From a virus (Duplodnaviria > Heunggongvirae > Uroviricota > Caudoviricetes): a stretch of DNA of 64,000 bases. The stretch lies in the IMG/VR virus record IMGVR_UViG_2724679538_000004, positions 45,799 to 109,798 of that record; one strand, given 5' to 3'. Each line of letters opens with the position of its first letter. Position 1 is the stretch's first letter. The notes below the pieces were generated by a model. That model was not told where the DNA came from. It worked only from the letters and a program-made list of their open reading frames with translations, and did no database searches. The translations under genes and the position numbers were made by a program. Positions 18,415-26,762 of the stretch are shown here, one piece after another.

Positions 18415-18635
18415 CGTTTTACCTCTTTAAAGAAAGGCTATTAATTTAATGGTTAAGGTGCAGTCACAGGCATTCAATTGAAGTGTAGAAAAAATTGAAG
18501 GCGCTAAGCGATAAGCGCTAATCAATGTAGCATAATACGTTGTTGTTGTAACAATAAAACAACATGTAATTTTGACGTCCATCGCCTTAATAACATCTTT
18601 ATCCCCTTTTTAACTTATTCATAATTAAACCAATT

Positions 18636-18654
18636 AGAAAATAATTTGTTTACT
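18636..18654 (+). promoter_or_regulatory. promoter/operator family motif (AGAAAATAATTTGTTTACT)
   Basis: Upstream of the methyltransferase-fusion gene. Confidence 0.35.
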
Positions 18655-18663
18655 GGTTTGATT

Positions 18664-20349
18664 ATGACAACTGCCCTTTCAATCACTGACACCTTCAAAA
18701 CAAGTTCAGAAGTTGACTATCGAAAAGAGCTTAACCTCATCCATAAAATCGTTGCAGAGTGCGAACGCGAGATCGCTTTCATGCGCCAGGTACATGATTA
18801 CGTATATGGCGATGAACGCCATAAGATGATTAATCGTTTGTTACGACTTAACTACCGTCCAGATGATGAGAACGCTCGTTTTAATAACATTGTACTGGAC
18901 AAGGCTGATCTCGAATGGGTGAAGCAGAACATCTGGGCTGAATACTGGAAAAAGGTCACTGATATGACTAACGTTCTGCTGATCATGCCAGCTTCCCGTC
19001 GCGAGGAGTGGCGTGAGCAATTTATCGAGGGCAAGCAGGAAATCACCAAAACTGACAGAACTGGCTACCAGATGAAGGTTAAGGAGTTCGTTGGAGTACC
19101 CGAGTTCAAGGTAGAAACTGTCATACCAACGATGATTAGCCTTCTAAATGACAGACATAAATATCTTTCTGAGCGCGTGTACGGTTTGTTTAAGGTGCTG
19201 AGTCCTGCACATAAGACCAACAAAACGAACGGCTTTAGCGAACGTTTGATCATTGCCAATTGCATTACTGATTTTTGGCGGGATAGCGTAAGTGTTAATT
19301 ATAAGCTTGAGGACTACATTGACGATCTGCGGGTATTGCTGCATTTCTTCGCGCACAAAGAGTTCATTACTATTAATCGCAGTTCGCAGATGCTATCCCT
19401 GGCATACAGAGCTAATGGCTGCAACACCGGTGAGTGGGTGAGCGTCGACGGCAATTTAATGCGTGTGAAGATGTTCAAGAACGGTAACGTTCACTTCGAA
19501 ATCCACCCTGACGTGGCCTGGAAGTTGAATGAAGTTCTGGCGCACAGTATGCCATCAGCCATACCTGCACCATGTCGTACCGCGCCAAAAACGCGAGCGC
19601 CAAAAGAGTTTGGCACTATTCATAAGATTATTTCAGACCCTGTACGAATCGCTTTGCGAGACGGACGACGTACCCGTAATCAAGAAGCCTGGTACTTTTC
19701 TGATTCATGTTTGCAGAAAAATCAGGTGGAAGAGTTGGAGCGTACATTAAGTTTTATTGGAGGAGTACGGGAGAACAGTCAGTGGACGTTCCCCTATGAT
19801 GCGACACAAACAATAAACAGTATCGTTGATACGGGGCTAGTTCCAGAAGCGAAATCACACCAGTTCTATCCAACACCGCATGTAATCGCTGAGTATGTGG
19901 CGAGAGCGATCGATCATAAGCCTGGAGAAACTCTTTTGGAACCGGAAGCCGGGCGTGGTGATTTGTTGTCCTGTATTGACGCTAACCGGGAAGATATTAC
20001 CTGCATAGAATTAGCTCCCCTTTTTGCGGATATCCTCCGTTCAAAGGGGTACGCGAATACGATTTGTTGCGACTTCTTGAAATGGTCAGAGAGTAATGCA
20101 GGCTATCAATTCGACAAAATCGTTATGAATCCCCCCTACTCTTTTAATCGCTATAAAGAGCACACGCTATCTGCTCTTGGGCATCTGAAAGTTGGAGGCA
20201 GGCTGGTGGCCGTGTTGCCGGGAAACTCGCCTTCGCTTAATTGGATGACTTTGGATAATTACGTTTATGCAAAGGGGAAATCTTTCACTGGTGAGTTCGC
20301 TGATACGGGGGTTACTGTCAGCGTGTATGTCTTCAAACGCGTAAAATAA
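18664..20349 (+). CDS. DNA methyltransferase with a ~400-aa N-terminal domain of unknown function
   Basis: C-terminal ~160 aa carries FYPTP, LEPEAGRGDL (SAM-binding) and NPPY motifs; ATG 18664. Confidence 0.65.
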   Translation: MTTALSITDTFKTSSEVDYRKELNLIHKIVAECEREIAFMRQVHDYVYGDERHKMINRLLRLNYRPDDENARFNNIVLDKADLEWVKQNIWAEYWKKVTDMTNVLLIMPASRREEWREQFIEGKQEITKTDRTGYQMKVKEFVGVPEFKVETVIPTMISLLNDRHKYLSERVYGLFKVLSPAHKTNKTNGFSERLIIANCITDFWRDSVSVNYKLEDYIDDLRVLLHFFAHKEFITINRSSQMLSLAYRANGCNTGEWVSVDGNLMRVKMFKNGNVHFEIHPDVAWKLNEVLAHSMPSAIPAPCRTAPKTRAPKEFGTIHKIISDPVRIALRDGRRTRNQEAWYFSDSCLQKNQVEELERTLSFIGGVRENSQWTFPYDATQTINSIVDTGLVPEAKSHQFYPTPHVIAEYVARAIDHKPGETLLEPEAGRGDLLSCIDANREDITCIELAPLFADILRSKGYANTICCDFLKWSESNAGYQFDKIVMNPPYSFNRYKEHTLSALGHLKVGGRLVAVLPGNSPSLNWMTLDNYVYAKGKSFTGEFADTGVTVSVYVFKRVK

Positions 20350-20369
20350 TAGGTAAATACTTACTTAAA
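20346..20369. promoter_or_regulatory. copy of recurrent palindrome (AATAATAGGTAAATACTTACTTAA)
   Basis: Overlaps the stop codon of the methyltransferase gene. Confidence 0.35.
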
Positions 20370-20410
20370 ATATGTAAGAATGTAGTTAGTTGAAGACGAG
20401 AGAAAAGCAC

Positions 20411-21106
20411 ATGACAAATTACAGATTTACGGCATGGGATGATTCACGGCCCCCCTTCAAATTCTGTATGAGAGGAGAACTTGATCAGCCTGCTGGAGCA
20501 ATCATCATCGATAAAGATGTTGTTAAGTTTGAGGGTGACTTTGATACATCAGCAAAGCTTTTCGTTGAACATGTTGCCAAACGCTGGAGTAAGCAGTGGA
20601 AAAGCCTTGAAAAACGCGCTCTTGGATTTGATGTATTTATGGCTGGCATTGATACAGCAAAAAAGGCTCTGGCTGCCGGAAATCCATTAGATCTTGAATC
20701 ACTTTTCAAAGGTGAAATGGCCTCAGCCATGTTCGCCACTATGTTCGCGGGTGAGTTCGTCCGTAGCGGTGCCAGAAACTATCTGGAGCTGTTGTACAAC
20801 GTTCCTGAAATGGGTGATTTTACCGTCACTATTCAACGCAAAGAAGGTAAGACTCCAGGCGAACGTATCGCTGAACTTGAGGCTGTGGTGGACCAGCGTA
20901 ACGGAGAATGTGATCGTTTGGTCAACGAACTTAATGCTCTCCGGGAAGAAAAAATTGGAACGGGTAGCAATACACGCAATGCTGCGGATATCTACTTCCA
21001 GTTAGTCGAGGAATGCCAGATTCCACCAGGCGGATCTCTTGTCGATTACGTCAGACATTTAATGGAGCAAGTGGATTCCAAAGATAAAGATAGTGAGGGA
21101 CGCTAA
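20411..21106 (+). CDS. hypothetical protein
   Basis: ATG 20411 with GAGAG RBS; the tracked ORF begins at an upstream TTG. Confidence 0.45.
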   Translation: MTNYRFTAWDDSRPPFKFCMRGELDQPAGAIIIDKDVVKFEGDFDTSAKLFVEHVAKRWSKQWKSLEKRALGFDVFMAGIDTAKKALAAGNPLDLESLFKGEMASAMFATMFAGEFVRSGARNYLELLYNVPEMGDFTVTIQRKEGKTPGERIAELEAVVDQRNGECDRLVNELNALREEKIGTGSNTRNAADIYFQLVEECQIPPGGSLVDYVRHLMEQVDSKDKDSEGR

Positions 21107-21384
21107 TGTTTGGCGTTGATGCAGGTCGTATTGCTGCTTTTGTACAAAAGCCACTTGAAAACCCACTGTCTCGCAGTGAGCAAATGGAACTTGCAAGGCT
21201 GTTTCTGCATATCAAGGAACAGATGGATTCCTTCAACAGTCTTCCAGAACGGCCTATTTCTGACGTTCATGTTCAGATGGTCATTGATAGCCACGAAAAG
21301 GGTTGGGCGACGATTGTTCCCTGCAAAATCACTTATGAACTTGCAAAAGAAGTAAAGGAATTACGAGGTAGTAAAAATGACTGA
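21106..21384 (+). CDS. hypothetical protein
   Basis: 92-aa ORF overlapping the upstream stop. Confidence 0.4.
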   Translation: MFGVDAGRIAAFVQKPLENPLSRSEQMELARLFLHIKEQMDSFNSLPERPISDVHVQMVIDSHEKGWATIVPCKITYELAKEVKELRGSKND

Positions 21385-21697
21385 TCGAAAACGATTTGAG
21401 GCATGGTGTTGTAAGAATTTAAGGAAGTGCAATCTTTTAAAAATTGGCGGATCAAATGGTGAGTACATTTCGCCAACAATGCAGGCTCGTTGGGAGATTT
21501 GGAAGGCAGCCTCGCAGGAAATGCGTCGAGTAGCCTCCGCATTCAAAACAGGTGAAGCTGTGTCCGCTAAAGCTGCAATAGATACGCTTGATCGCATGGG
21601 GTTTACGTGGGAAGGGGGTGTCTACTGGAAGCCTCCGGTTGGATTAATTCCCTCATATCTCATCCAGCAGCTTAATGCCGAGCACAACCCATCGTAA
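21377..21697 (+). CDS. hypothetical protein
   Basis: 106-aa ORF overlapping the upstream gene by 8 nt. Confidence 0.4.
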   Translation: MTDRKRFEAWCCKNLRKCNLLKIGGSNGEYISPTMQARWEIWKAASQEMRRVASAFKTGEAVSAKAAIDTLDRMGFTWEGGVYWKPPVGLIPSYLIQQLNAEHNPS

Positions 21698-21704
21698 ATA
21701 AATA

Positions 21705-21725
21705 AAGGCCATAAGTTATGGCCTT
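21705..21725. terminator. hairpin (AAGGCCATAAGTTATGGCCTT)
   Basis: Inverted repeat after the stop codon; no clean T-run. Confidence 0.4.
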
Positions 21726-21726
21726 A

Positions 21727-21785
21727 AATAAATTGTTTTCTACCTTTTCTTATTTGTGAAAATAACCACAACTAGAAAACAATGG
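21727..21785 (+). promoter_or_regulatory. sigma70-like promoter (TTGTTTTC ... TGTGAAAAT) plus operator half-site
   Basis: Nearly identical to the promoter at 27652-27718. Confidence 0.45.
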
Positions 21786-21793
21786 AGTTAAGA

Positions 21794-22435
21794 ATGTCTC
21801 GCATTTCCGAAGCACACATGTTCGCCGCTGGCGCTCATGGTGGCGTTGGCCAGAAAAGAAAATATACCGGTGAAGATTATATCAATCACCCGGTTGCTGT
21901 CCGAGAGATTGTTGCATTGCATGACGGAACCGTGGAGATGCAGATCGCGGCGCTTCTGCATGATGTGGTCGAAGACACCAATGTAACCACAGAGATGGTA
22001 CGTGATCACTTCGGTGAGCGCGTAGCTGAAATGGTTCAGGCTCTGACCAATATTGCAAGGCCAGAAGACGGCAATCGAATACAGCGTTTCATCATCAATG
22101 TCCGGGAGCTGGAGCAAAATCTCGACATGCAGACGCGCATGATCAAGCTGGCTGACCTGCTCGACAATACCTCTTCTATCGTGAGTCGCGATCCTGAGTT
22201 TTCAGCTATCTACCTTGCAGAGAAAGAGCTGATGCTGGACGTACTTTTTAACGGGAAGGAGATTGGTACCAACGCTGATGTTGTCGAGTACATGGAGAGG
22301 ATAGGTATAGAACACCCGTTGCTATTAAGCGCAATGGCGAAAGTCACTGAAGGTATTGCGCTTCTGAAACCGGTACTCATCAAACGTTATGAAAAACACA
22401 AATCGCTGATCTGGAGCGCGTGGGAGGCTGCATGA
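21794..22435 (+). CDS. HD-domain small alarmone hydrolase, (p)ppGpp-hydrolase-like (SpoT/Mesh1 family)
   Basis: HGGVGQKRKYTGEDYINHPVAV and AALLHDVVEDT match the RelA/SpoT HD hydrolase signature; GGAG RBS before ATG 21794. Confidence 0.75.
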   Translation: MSRISEAHMFAAGAHGGVGQKRKYTGEDYINHPVAVREIVALHDGTVEMQIAALLHDVVEDTNVTTEMVRDHFGERVAEMVQALTNIARPEDGNRIQRFIINVRELEQNLDMQTRMIKLADLLDNTSSIVSRDPEFSAIYLAEKELMLDVLFNGKEIGTNADVVEYMERIGIEHPLLLSAMAKVTEGIALLKPVLIKRYEKHKSLIWSAWEAA

Positions 22436-22974
22436 AGGTCGAAAAAATAGATGTTCTTTCCTTTGTGTTGACAGATCTGGAACGTCTCGATCCGGTTCGA
22501 GTGATGATTGAAAACTACGAATCTGGTAAGGGAAGAATCACCATCACCTGCTACGGAAAAGCGTGGACTGCGGCTTGGTTTGCTATGGGCGGTGATGATG
22601 TGCAGACGTTCATCAAGCGAGTCAGCAACGACTATCTAATCGACAATTTCGACCCTCAACTGCCAAGAACGGTCGACGATGACAACGATGCAAATCTGCT
22701 TTTCGTGAAGTCAGAAATAATAAAGTTACGAAGAGAGAGAGAAATCGACGCCGTACTGGCTCGTGAAATGTGGGACGAGGCGGAAAACGCCGATGACGTA
22801 AAAGAAAGCTGCTGTTGTTTCGGCGTCGGTAACAAACTGCTGAATCTCTTTGGCGATGATCCGTGGTATGCCTCCTGGCCAACGATACCAAACCCGAAAT
22901 ACCAGTATCTTGAACGCATTGTGAACGCGGTACGTGAAGGGTTGAAAGAGTTAGACAAGTTAGAGGCATCGTAA
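22432..22974 (+). CDS. hypothetical protein
   Basis: ATG 22432 with GGGAGG RBS. Confidence 0.45.
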   Translation: MKVEKIDVLSFVLTDLERLDPVRVMIENYESGKGRITITCYGKAWTAAWFAMGGDDVQTFIKRVSNDYLIDNFDPQLPRTVDDDNDANLLFVKSEIIKLRREREIDAVLAREMWDEAENADDVKESCCCFGVGNKLLNLFGDDPWYASWPTIPNPKYQYLERIVNAVREGLKELDKLEAS

Positions 22975-23468
22975 TGAGAGAGAAAATCAAGAACCCGGTC
23001 GTCGTATTGTATAAACGGGAAAACAGCGATTCTTATGCGGTATCCATCACTGATGGAAGCCAGAACATGCACGATGGCCTGCTAATGGCCTCAGTGTCTC
23101 CTGATGAGTCGGACTATCCCTTCGCCACCTTCGCTATGGTTGGTTACTACATGGCTGCCGAAATTGAGAAGTTACGGGCGCAGAGAGACGCATTGGCGGC
23201 GGAGAATGTGGCATTGAGGTCTAAGGCTGAGGAACTGGCAAATGAAGCGTCAAAAATTTACTCGGCATACAACGCCACTATCACAGAGCCTGACGGGGAT
23301 TTTATAGACATGCAGACACTGCATGAAATGCAGTGCATAGAAACTCCAGCTACCGACGCTTTCCTAGTTGAAGTACGAGCGCAGGGCGTAGAGGTGTTTG
23401 CTGAGTGCGCATACACACTTGAACATCATGATCACGCAGTGGCCTTCGCATCAAAGGAGAGTGAGTGA
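22974..23468 (+). CDS. hypothetical protein
   Basis: 164-aa ORF, TAATG coupling. Confidence 0.45.
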   Translation: MREKIKNPVVVLYKRENSDSYAVSITDGSQNMHDGLLMASVSPDESDYPFATFAMVGYYMAAEIEKLRAQRDALAAENVALRSKAEELANEASKIYSAYNATITEPDGDFIDMQTLHEMQCIETPATDAFLVEVRAQGVEVFAECAYTLEHHDHAVAFASKESE

Positions 23469-23469
23469 T

Positions 23470-23667
23470 ATGGATAAAAATACCCCTGCTTACTGGAGTC
23501 TATCACTTGATACCGAATGCCCGAAATGCGGTATCAATTTCGATCTACTTTGTGATGCTGATTTCTGGGAGTTTTCTGGAGCAAAACAGGCATGTGAAGA
23601 AATAACAGGTTACGAAACATGCTGTCCAGAATGCAACCATGAATTTAAAACAGATTTTGTGTATTGA
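23470..23667 (+). CDS. small zinc-ribbon protein
   Basis: CPKCG ... CCPECNH cysteine pairs. Confidence 0.4.
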   Translation: MDKNTPAYWSLSLDTECPKCGINFDLLCDADFWEFSGAKQACEEITGYETCCPECNHEFKTDFVY

Positions 23668-23677
23668 AGCATAGCAA

Positions 23678-24307
23678 ATGACCACCTTTACTAAAGAACA
23701 ACTAATTGATCATATTAATGATCGCAAAGATGTCCGTCAGAGAATGTTGGAAACTGCGACGATTTCTTCTGGATTCAGAGAATATCTTGAAAGAGAGCTT
23801 GCCACCGATCGGATTGCCCTGGCGTCGCTGGAAGCAAAACCAATAGGTGCATTCCACATTGCAGAACAGCAAGTTGAAGGCACAAGTGACTATCTCAAGG
23901 ATGGAGAATGGCCTATTGATAATGGAATTATTGAGGTCTACGCCGCTCCACCCGTTCCAGTAGTACCGGAAGAAAAACCAATGCCTAATCCTCTTAGCAT
24001 GTACGCGGTTGATGCTGTTGCCGCTATTGCAGAGGTGAGAGGATGGAACGCCTGCCGCGCAGCCATACTTCAGAGTCAAGATAGGGGCATTAAGGATGCA
24101 TGGATAAGCTGTAGTGAGCGAATGCCAGATGATGGTCAGCACGTAATTATTTTATGTGATGGCGCATTTGTTCTTTATGCGCAATATCGAGACGGTGAGT
24201 TTTTTGATGTCGTCCGTGATGGTGATGAATTTTTCGAAACGCAGAGCCGCAACGTCACACACTGGATGCAGCTACCAGAACCGCCGCAGGAGTCGAAGAG
24301 TGAATAA
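23678..24307 (+). CDS. DUF551-like domain protein
   Basis: C-terminal WISCSERMPDDGQHVIILCDG ... VTHWMQLPEPP resembles the DUF551 signature seen in enterobacterial prophages. Confidence 0.5.
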   Translation: MTTFTKEQLIDHINDRKDVRQRMLETATISSGFREYLERELATDRIALASLEAKPIGAFHIAEQQVEGTSDYLKDGEWPIDNGIIEVYAAPPVPVVPEEKPMPNPLSMYAVDAVAAIAEVRGWNACRAAILQSQDRGIKDAWISCSERMPDDGQHVIILCDGAFVLYAQYRDGEFFDVVRDGDEFFETQSRNVTHWMQLPEPPQESKSE

Positions 24308-24521
24308 AGCAGAGTTATTTCAGAAAATATCGGCTCTCGCGGCTGAATGCCACGCTATAGCATCTGAGCTTGATGTTGGCGACGAACGAACCGAGATGTT
24401 CGAAATATACAGTGTACTGCGCAATCTCTCTCGGCGTGGCTACGCCATTCAGGTAGGGCGAGTGACTAATCCACTACTCACATCATGTGATGAGGATGAC
24501 CCGGATGAGGATGACGAATGA
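24300..24521 (+). CDS. hypothetical small protein with acidic C-terminal tail
   Basis: GTG start preceded by AGGAG. Confidence 0.35.
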   Translation: MNKAELFQKISALAAECHAIASELDVGDERTEMFEIYSVLRNLSRRGYAIQVGRVTNPLLTSCDEDDPDEDDE

Positions 24522-24901
24522 TGAATAAATCAGTAGCCGGTGAGTTTCAGAAGGAAGTCGATAATACCACTGTTCTATTGGACGATATTTTAAGCATTCT
24601 CGCGCTGCTTGAGGCTGGAGAATGGTCAGAACATTGCACCAAAACAGAGCTAGGCGGTCGGCTTGAAAGAGAGATTACACGGCTGATTAGCGATGCCCAA
24701 AATTATTTGTCACCTGAGAACCTCCCTTGCGATGTAGTCCTTGTGCCAGGGATGAGGATACACGAAGGTGTCAGAACGAAAACATTATTGACCGCATTAC
24801 AGAGAAGAGCCGAATTAAAGTCGCGGGTTAAGTTGATGCCATCGAAAATGCTTGATGCCATCAAATTTACGCAATCGCAACATACTGAGAGAGATAAATG
24901 A
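24518..24901 (+). CDS. hypothetical protein
   Basis: 127-aa ORF, ATGA coupling. Confidence 0.4.
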   Translation: MMNKSVAGEFQKEVDNTTVLLDDILSILALLEAGEWSEHCTKTELGGRLEREITRLISDAQNYLSPENLPCDVVLVPGMRIHEGVRTKTLLTALQRRAELKSRVKLMPSKMLDAIKFTQSQHTERDK

Positions 24902-25527
24902 GCACGGTAGCGAAAGATCTCACAGAAGATATTCTCAATGAAATTATTGCTGGCGCGAATACCTCGCTTGAACAATATCTTGCGTTGGCGCTAAGAGCCG
25001 AACGTCGAGACAGAAAGCATTTTTATGAGCGATTACCAGGGAAGCGACCAGATAGATCAGATGAAGAAGGTAGCGATATAGACTACATGGAACCTTTAGA
25101 TGTTTATCAACTTGGTAAAGATGATGGCTGGAACGCTTATCACGATGCTGTGTTGAAGTTGGATGAAAAAGTGAAACCTCTTTCGCGACCAGTAGATCAC
25201 GGTTTTCGCGATAACTGCGAGTGCTCTAGTTGTCAGATCACGGCTCGTATTTGTTCCGAATTAACAGATAAGTCCACCCTAATCTACGAAGTTAATGTAG
25301 GCGGTAATACATGGGTCGAATGCACAAGAGCTGCATACGTAAGAGCAAAAGACAACGGCGAATTGACCAGAGTTGTTACCCATCACCCAAATAATGTGCT
25401 TAAAGATCACCAGATTCGAGAACTAGTGAATGAATTGCGGGATATTGCGGTTACGTATCACGGAACGCAGCAATTGCGGGAGAAGATTGCCAGAGCAGTG
25501 AACAACTCAATCCGTCCAGAAAAATAA
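24898..25527 (+). CDS. hypothetical protein
   Basis: 209-aa ORF, ATGA coupling. Confidence 0.45.
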   Translation: MSTVAKDLTEDILNEIIAGANTSLEQYLALALRAERRDRKHFYERLPGKRPDRSDEEGSDIDYMEPLDVYQLGKDDGWNAYHDAVLKLDEKVKPLSRPVDHGFRDNCECSSCQITARICSELTDKSTLIYEVNVGGNTWVECTRAAYVRAKDNGELTRVVTHHPNNVLKDHQIRELVNELRDIAVTYHGTQQLREKIARAVNNSIRPEK

Positions 25528-25544
25528 GTAATAGTACGATAAAG

Positions 25545-25569
25545 AGGCCCCATGCTCTTGATGGGGCCT
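25545..25569 (+). terminator. hairpin after gene end
   Basis: AGGCCCCATGCTCTTGATGGGGCCT. Confidence 0.4.
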
Positions 25570-25736
25570 GTAGCAACAAGCGTTATGGACGTTGGTTTAC
25601 GTACTCAATGATCGCTTTGATAATCGCGAACATCGGCGGCACGATTTTGAAAAGTAAGTTAAGCATAACAGGCCTCACTTAGTTTTATCGCGCCTAGCTG
25701 CAAATACCTTTGAGCTTGCCTTTGCAGTTGCAATAT

Positions 25737-25933
25737 CTGTAGTCGCCAGATACTTACGGCACGATTTCGAGTTAAGGTAAGGTTTGAGAGTCACCAAAAA
25801 CCTGGACTTAAATCTTCTTTGAGAACAATGATGTTTAGTAAATGGTCATTGTTACTAGGTATGACCACTCTACGTTTCTTGATGAATCCAGTACATTCGG
25901 TTAATCTTAACTCAGTCGCCAGATACTTATGGC
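25737..25933. repeat. two direct repeats AGTCGCCAGATACTTA(C/T)GGC about 174 bp apart in an 800-bp noncoding gap
   Basis: Read directly. Confidence 0.5.
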
Positions 25934-25970
25934 TCAGGAACAGAGACGCAAACTCCGTTTCCTTTTAAAA

Positions 25971-25998
25971 AGCCCGGTCTAGTCAACTGGGCTTTTTA
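25971..25998 (+). terminator. terminator-like hairpin
   Basis: AGCCCGGTCTAGTCAACTGGGCT plus T-run. Confidence 0.45.
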
Positions 25999-26292
25999 AT
26001 GTCTGCTTTTTAACCAAACATACCCTCAATACTGCAACATCAGTGTCTTGCGAATCAAGATAGTGTGTATAGATTTTTCATGCAAGTGCATAAGTCTGTG
26101 GATAACTCAGGAAGGAAAAAGTGACTTCCGCGCACTTTAGGCCGGACAAGGCCTTCGAAAAAGTCAATGGGAAGAAAAAATTTGTTAAAAATAACGTTTG
26201 TTTGAATTGTATATTTTATACCTGTCAATAGTTAGCATCTTATTAACATCTTTTTTAAGAGACAGAGTTTAAAAACATGTCGCTCCAACATA

Positions 26293-26312
26293 TACTGTAT
26301 GTACATACAGTA
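26293..26312. promoter_or_regulatory. LexA (SOS) box
   Basis: Perfect 20-bp palindrome TACTGTATGTACATACAGTA (CTGT-N8-ACAG) about 15 nt upstream of the UmuD'-like start. Confidence 0.8.
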
Positions 26313-26328
26313 TTAAGAGGCGAGTATT

Positions 26329-26718
26329 ATGGGATTCCCATCTCCTGCAGCGGATTATGTTGAAAGCCGTATTTCTCTTGATCGGCAGATAATTAGACAT
26401 CCTTCAGCGACCTACTTCCTGCGAGCGGCTGATAGCCATCACCGCGAAGGAATATTGCAGGGGGCGCTGCTGGTGGTCGATTCTTCACTAACTCCGGTTG
26501 ATGGTTCACTGCTTGTATGTGCTATTGATGGGGAATTTCGTGTAAAAAAATACCGTAAGTATCCGCGTCAGTACCTGGAGGATTTAAGAACTGGCAAGAA
26601 GGAAGCATTGCCAAAGGATGACGATGGATGCACTGGCAGTACTGCCGTGTTTGGTGTCATCACTCACATTATCAACGACGCAAGAAGTGGCGAATTTGAT
26701 GATTGTCCTGTGATGTAG
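26329..26718 (+). CDS. umuD: UmuD'-like protein (pre-processed form, HumD-like)
   Basis: Begins MGFPSPAADYVE, i.e. at the position of the UmuD Cys24/Gly25 self-cleavage site as I recall it; Ser/Lys dyad positions and GEFxVKK, VFGV(I/V)xH(I/V) conserved; AAGAGG RBS. Confidence 0.8.
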   Translation: MGFPSPAADYVESRISLDRQIIRHPSATYFLRAADSHHREGILQGALLVVDSSLTPVDGSLLVCAIDGEFRVKKYRKYPRQYLEDLRTGKKEALPKDDDGCTGSTAVFGVITHIINDARSGEFDDCPVM

Positions 26719-26723
26719 ATAGA

Positions 26724-26747
26724 AAGCCCTCGTTTGTATGAGGGCTT
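26724..26747. terminator. bidirectional terminator between convergent genes
   Basis: AAGCCCTCGTTTGTATGAGGGCTT. Confidence 0.5.
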
Positions 26748-26762
26748 CTAGGTAAACACAAA

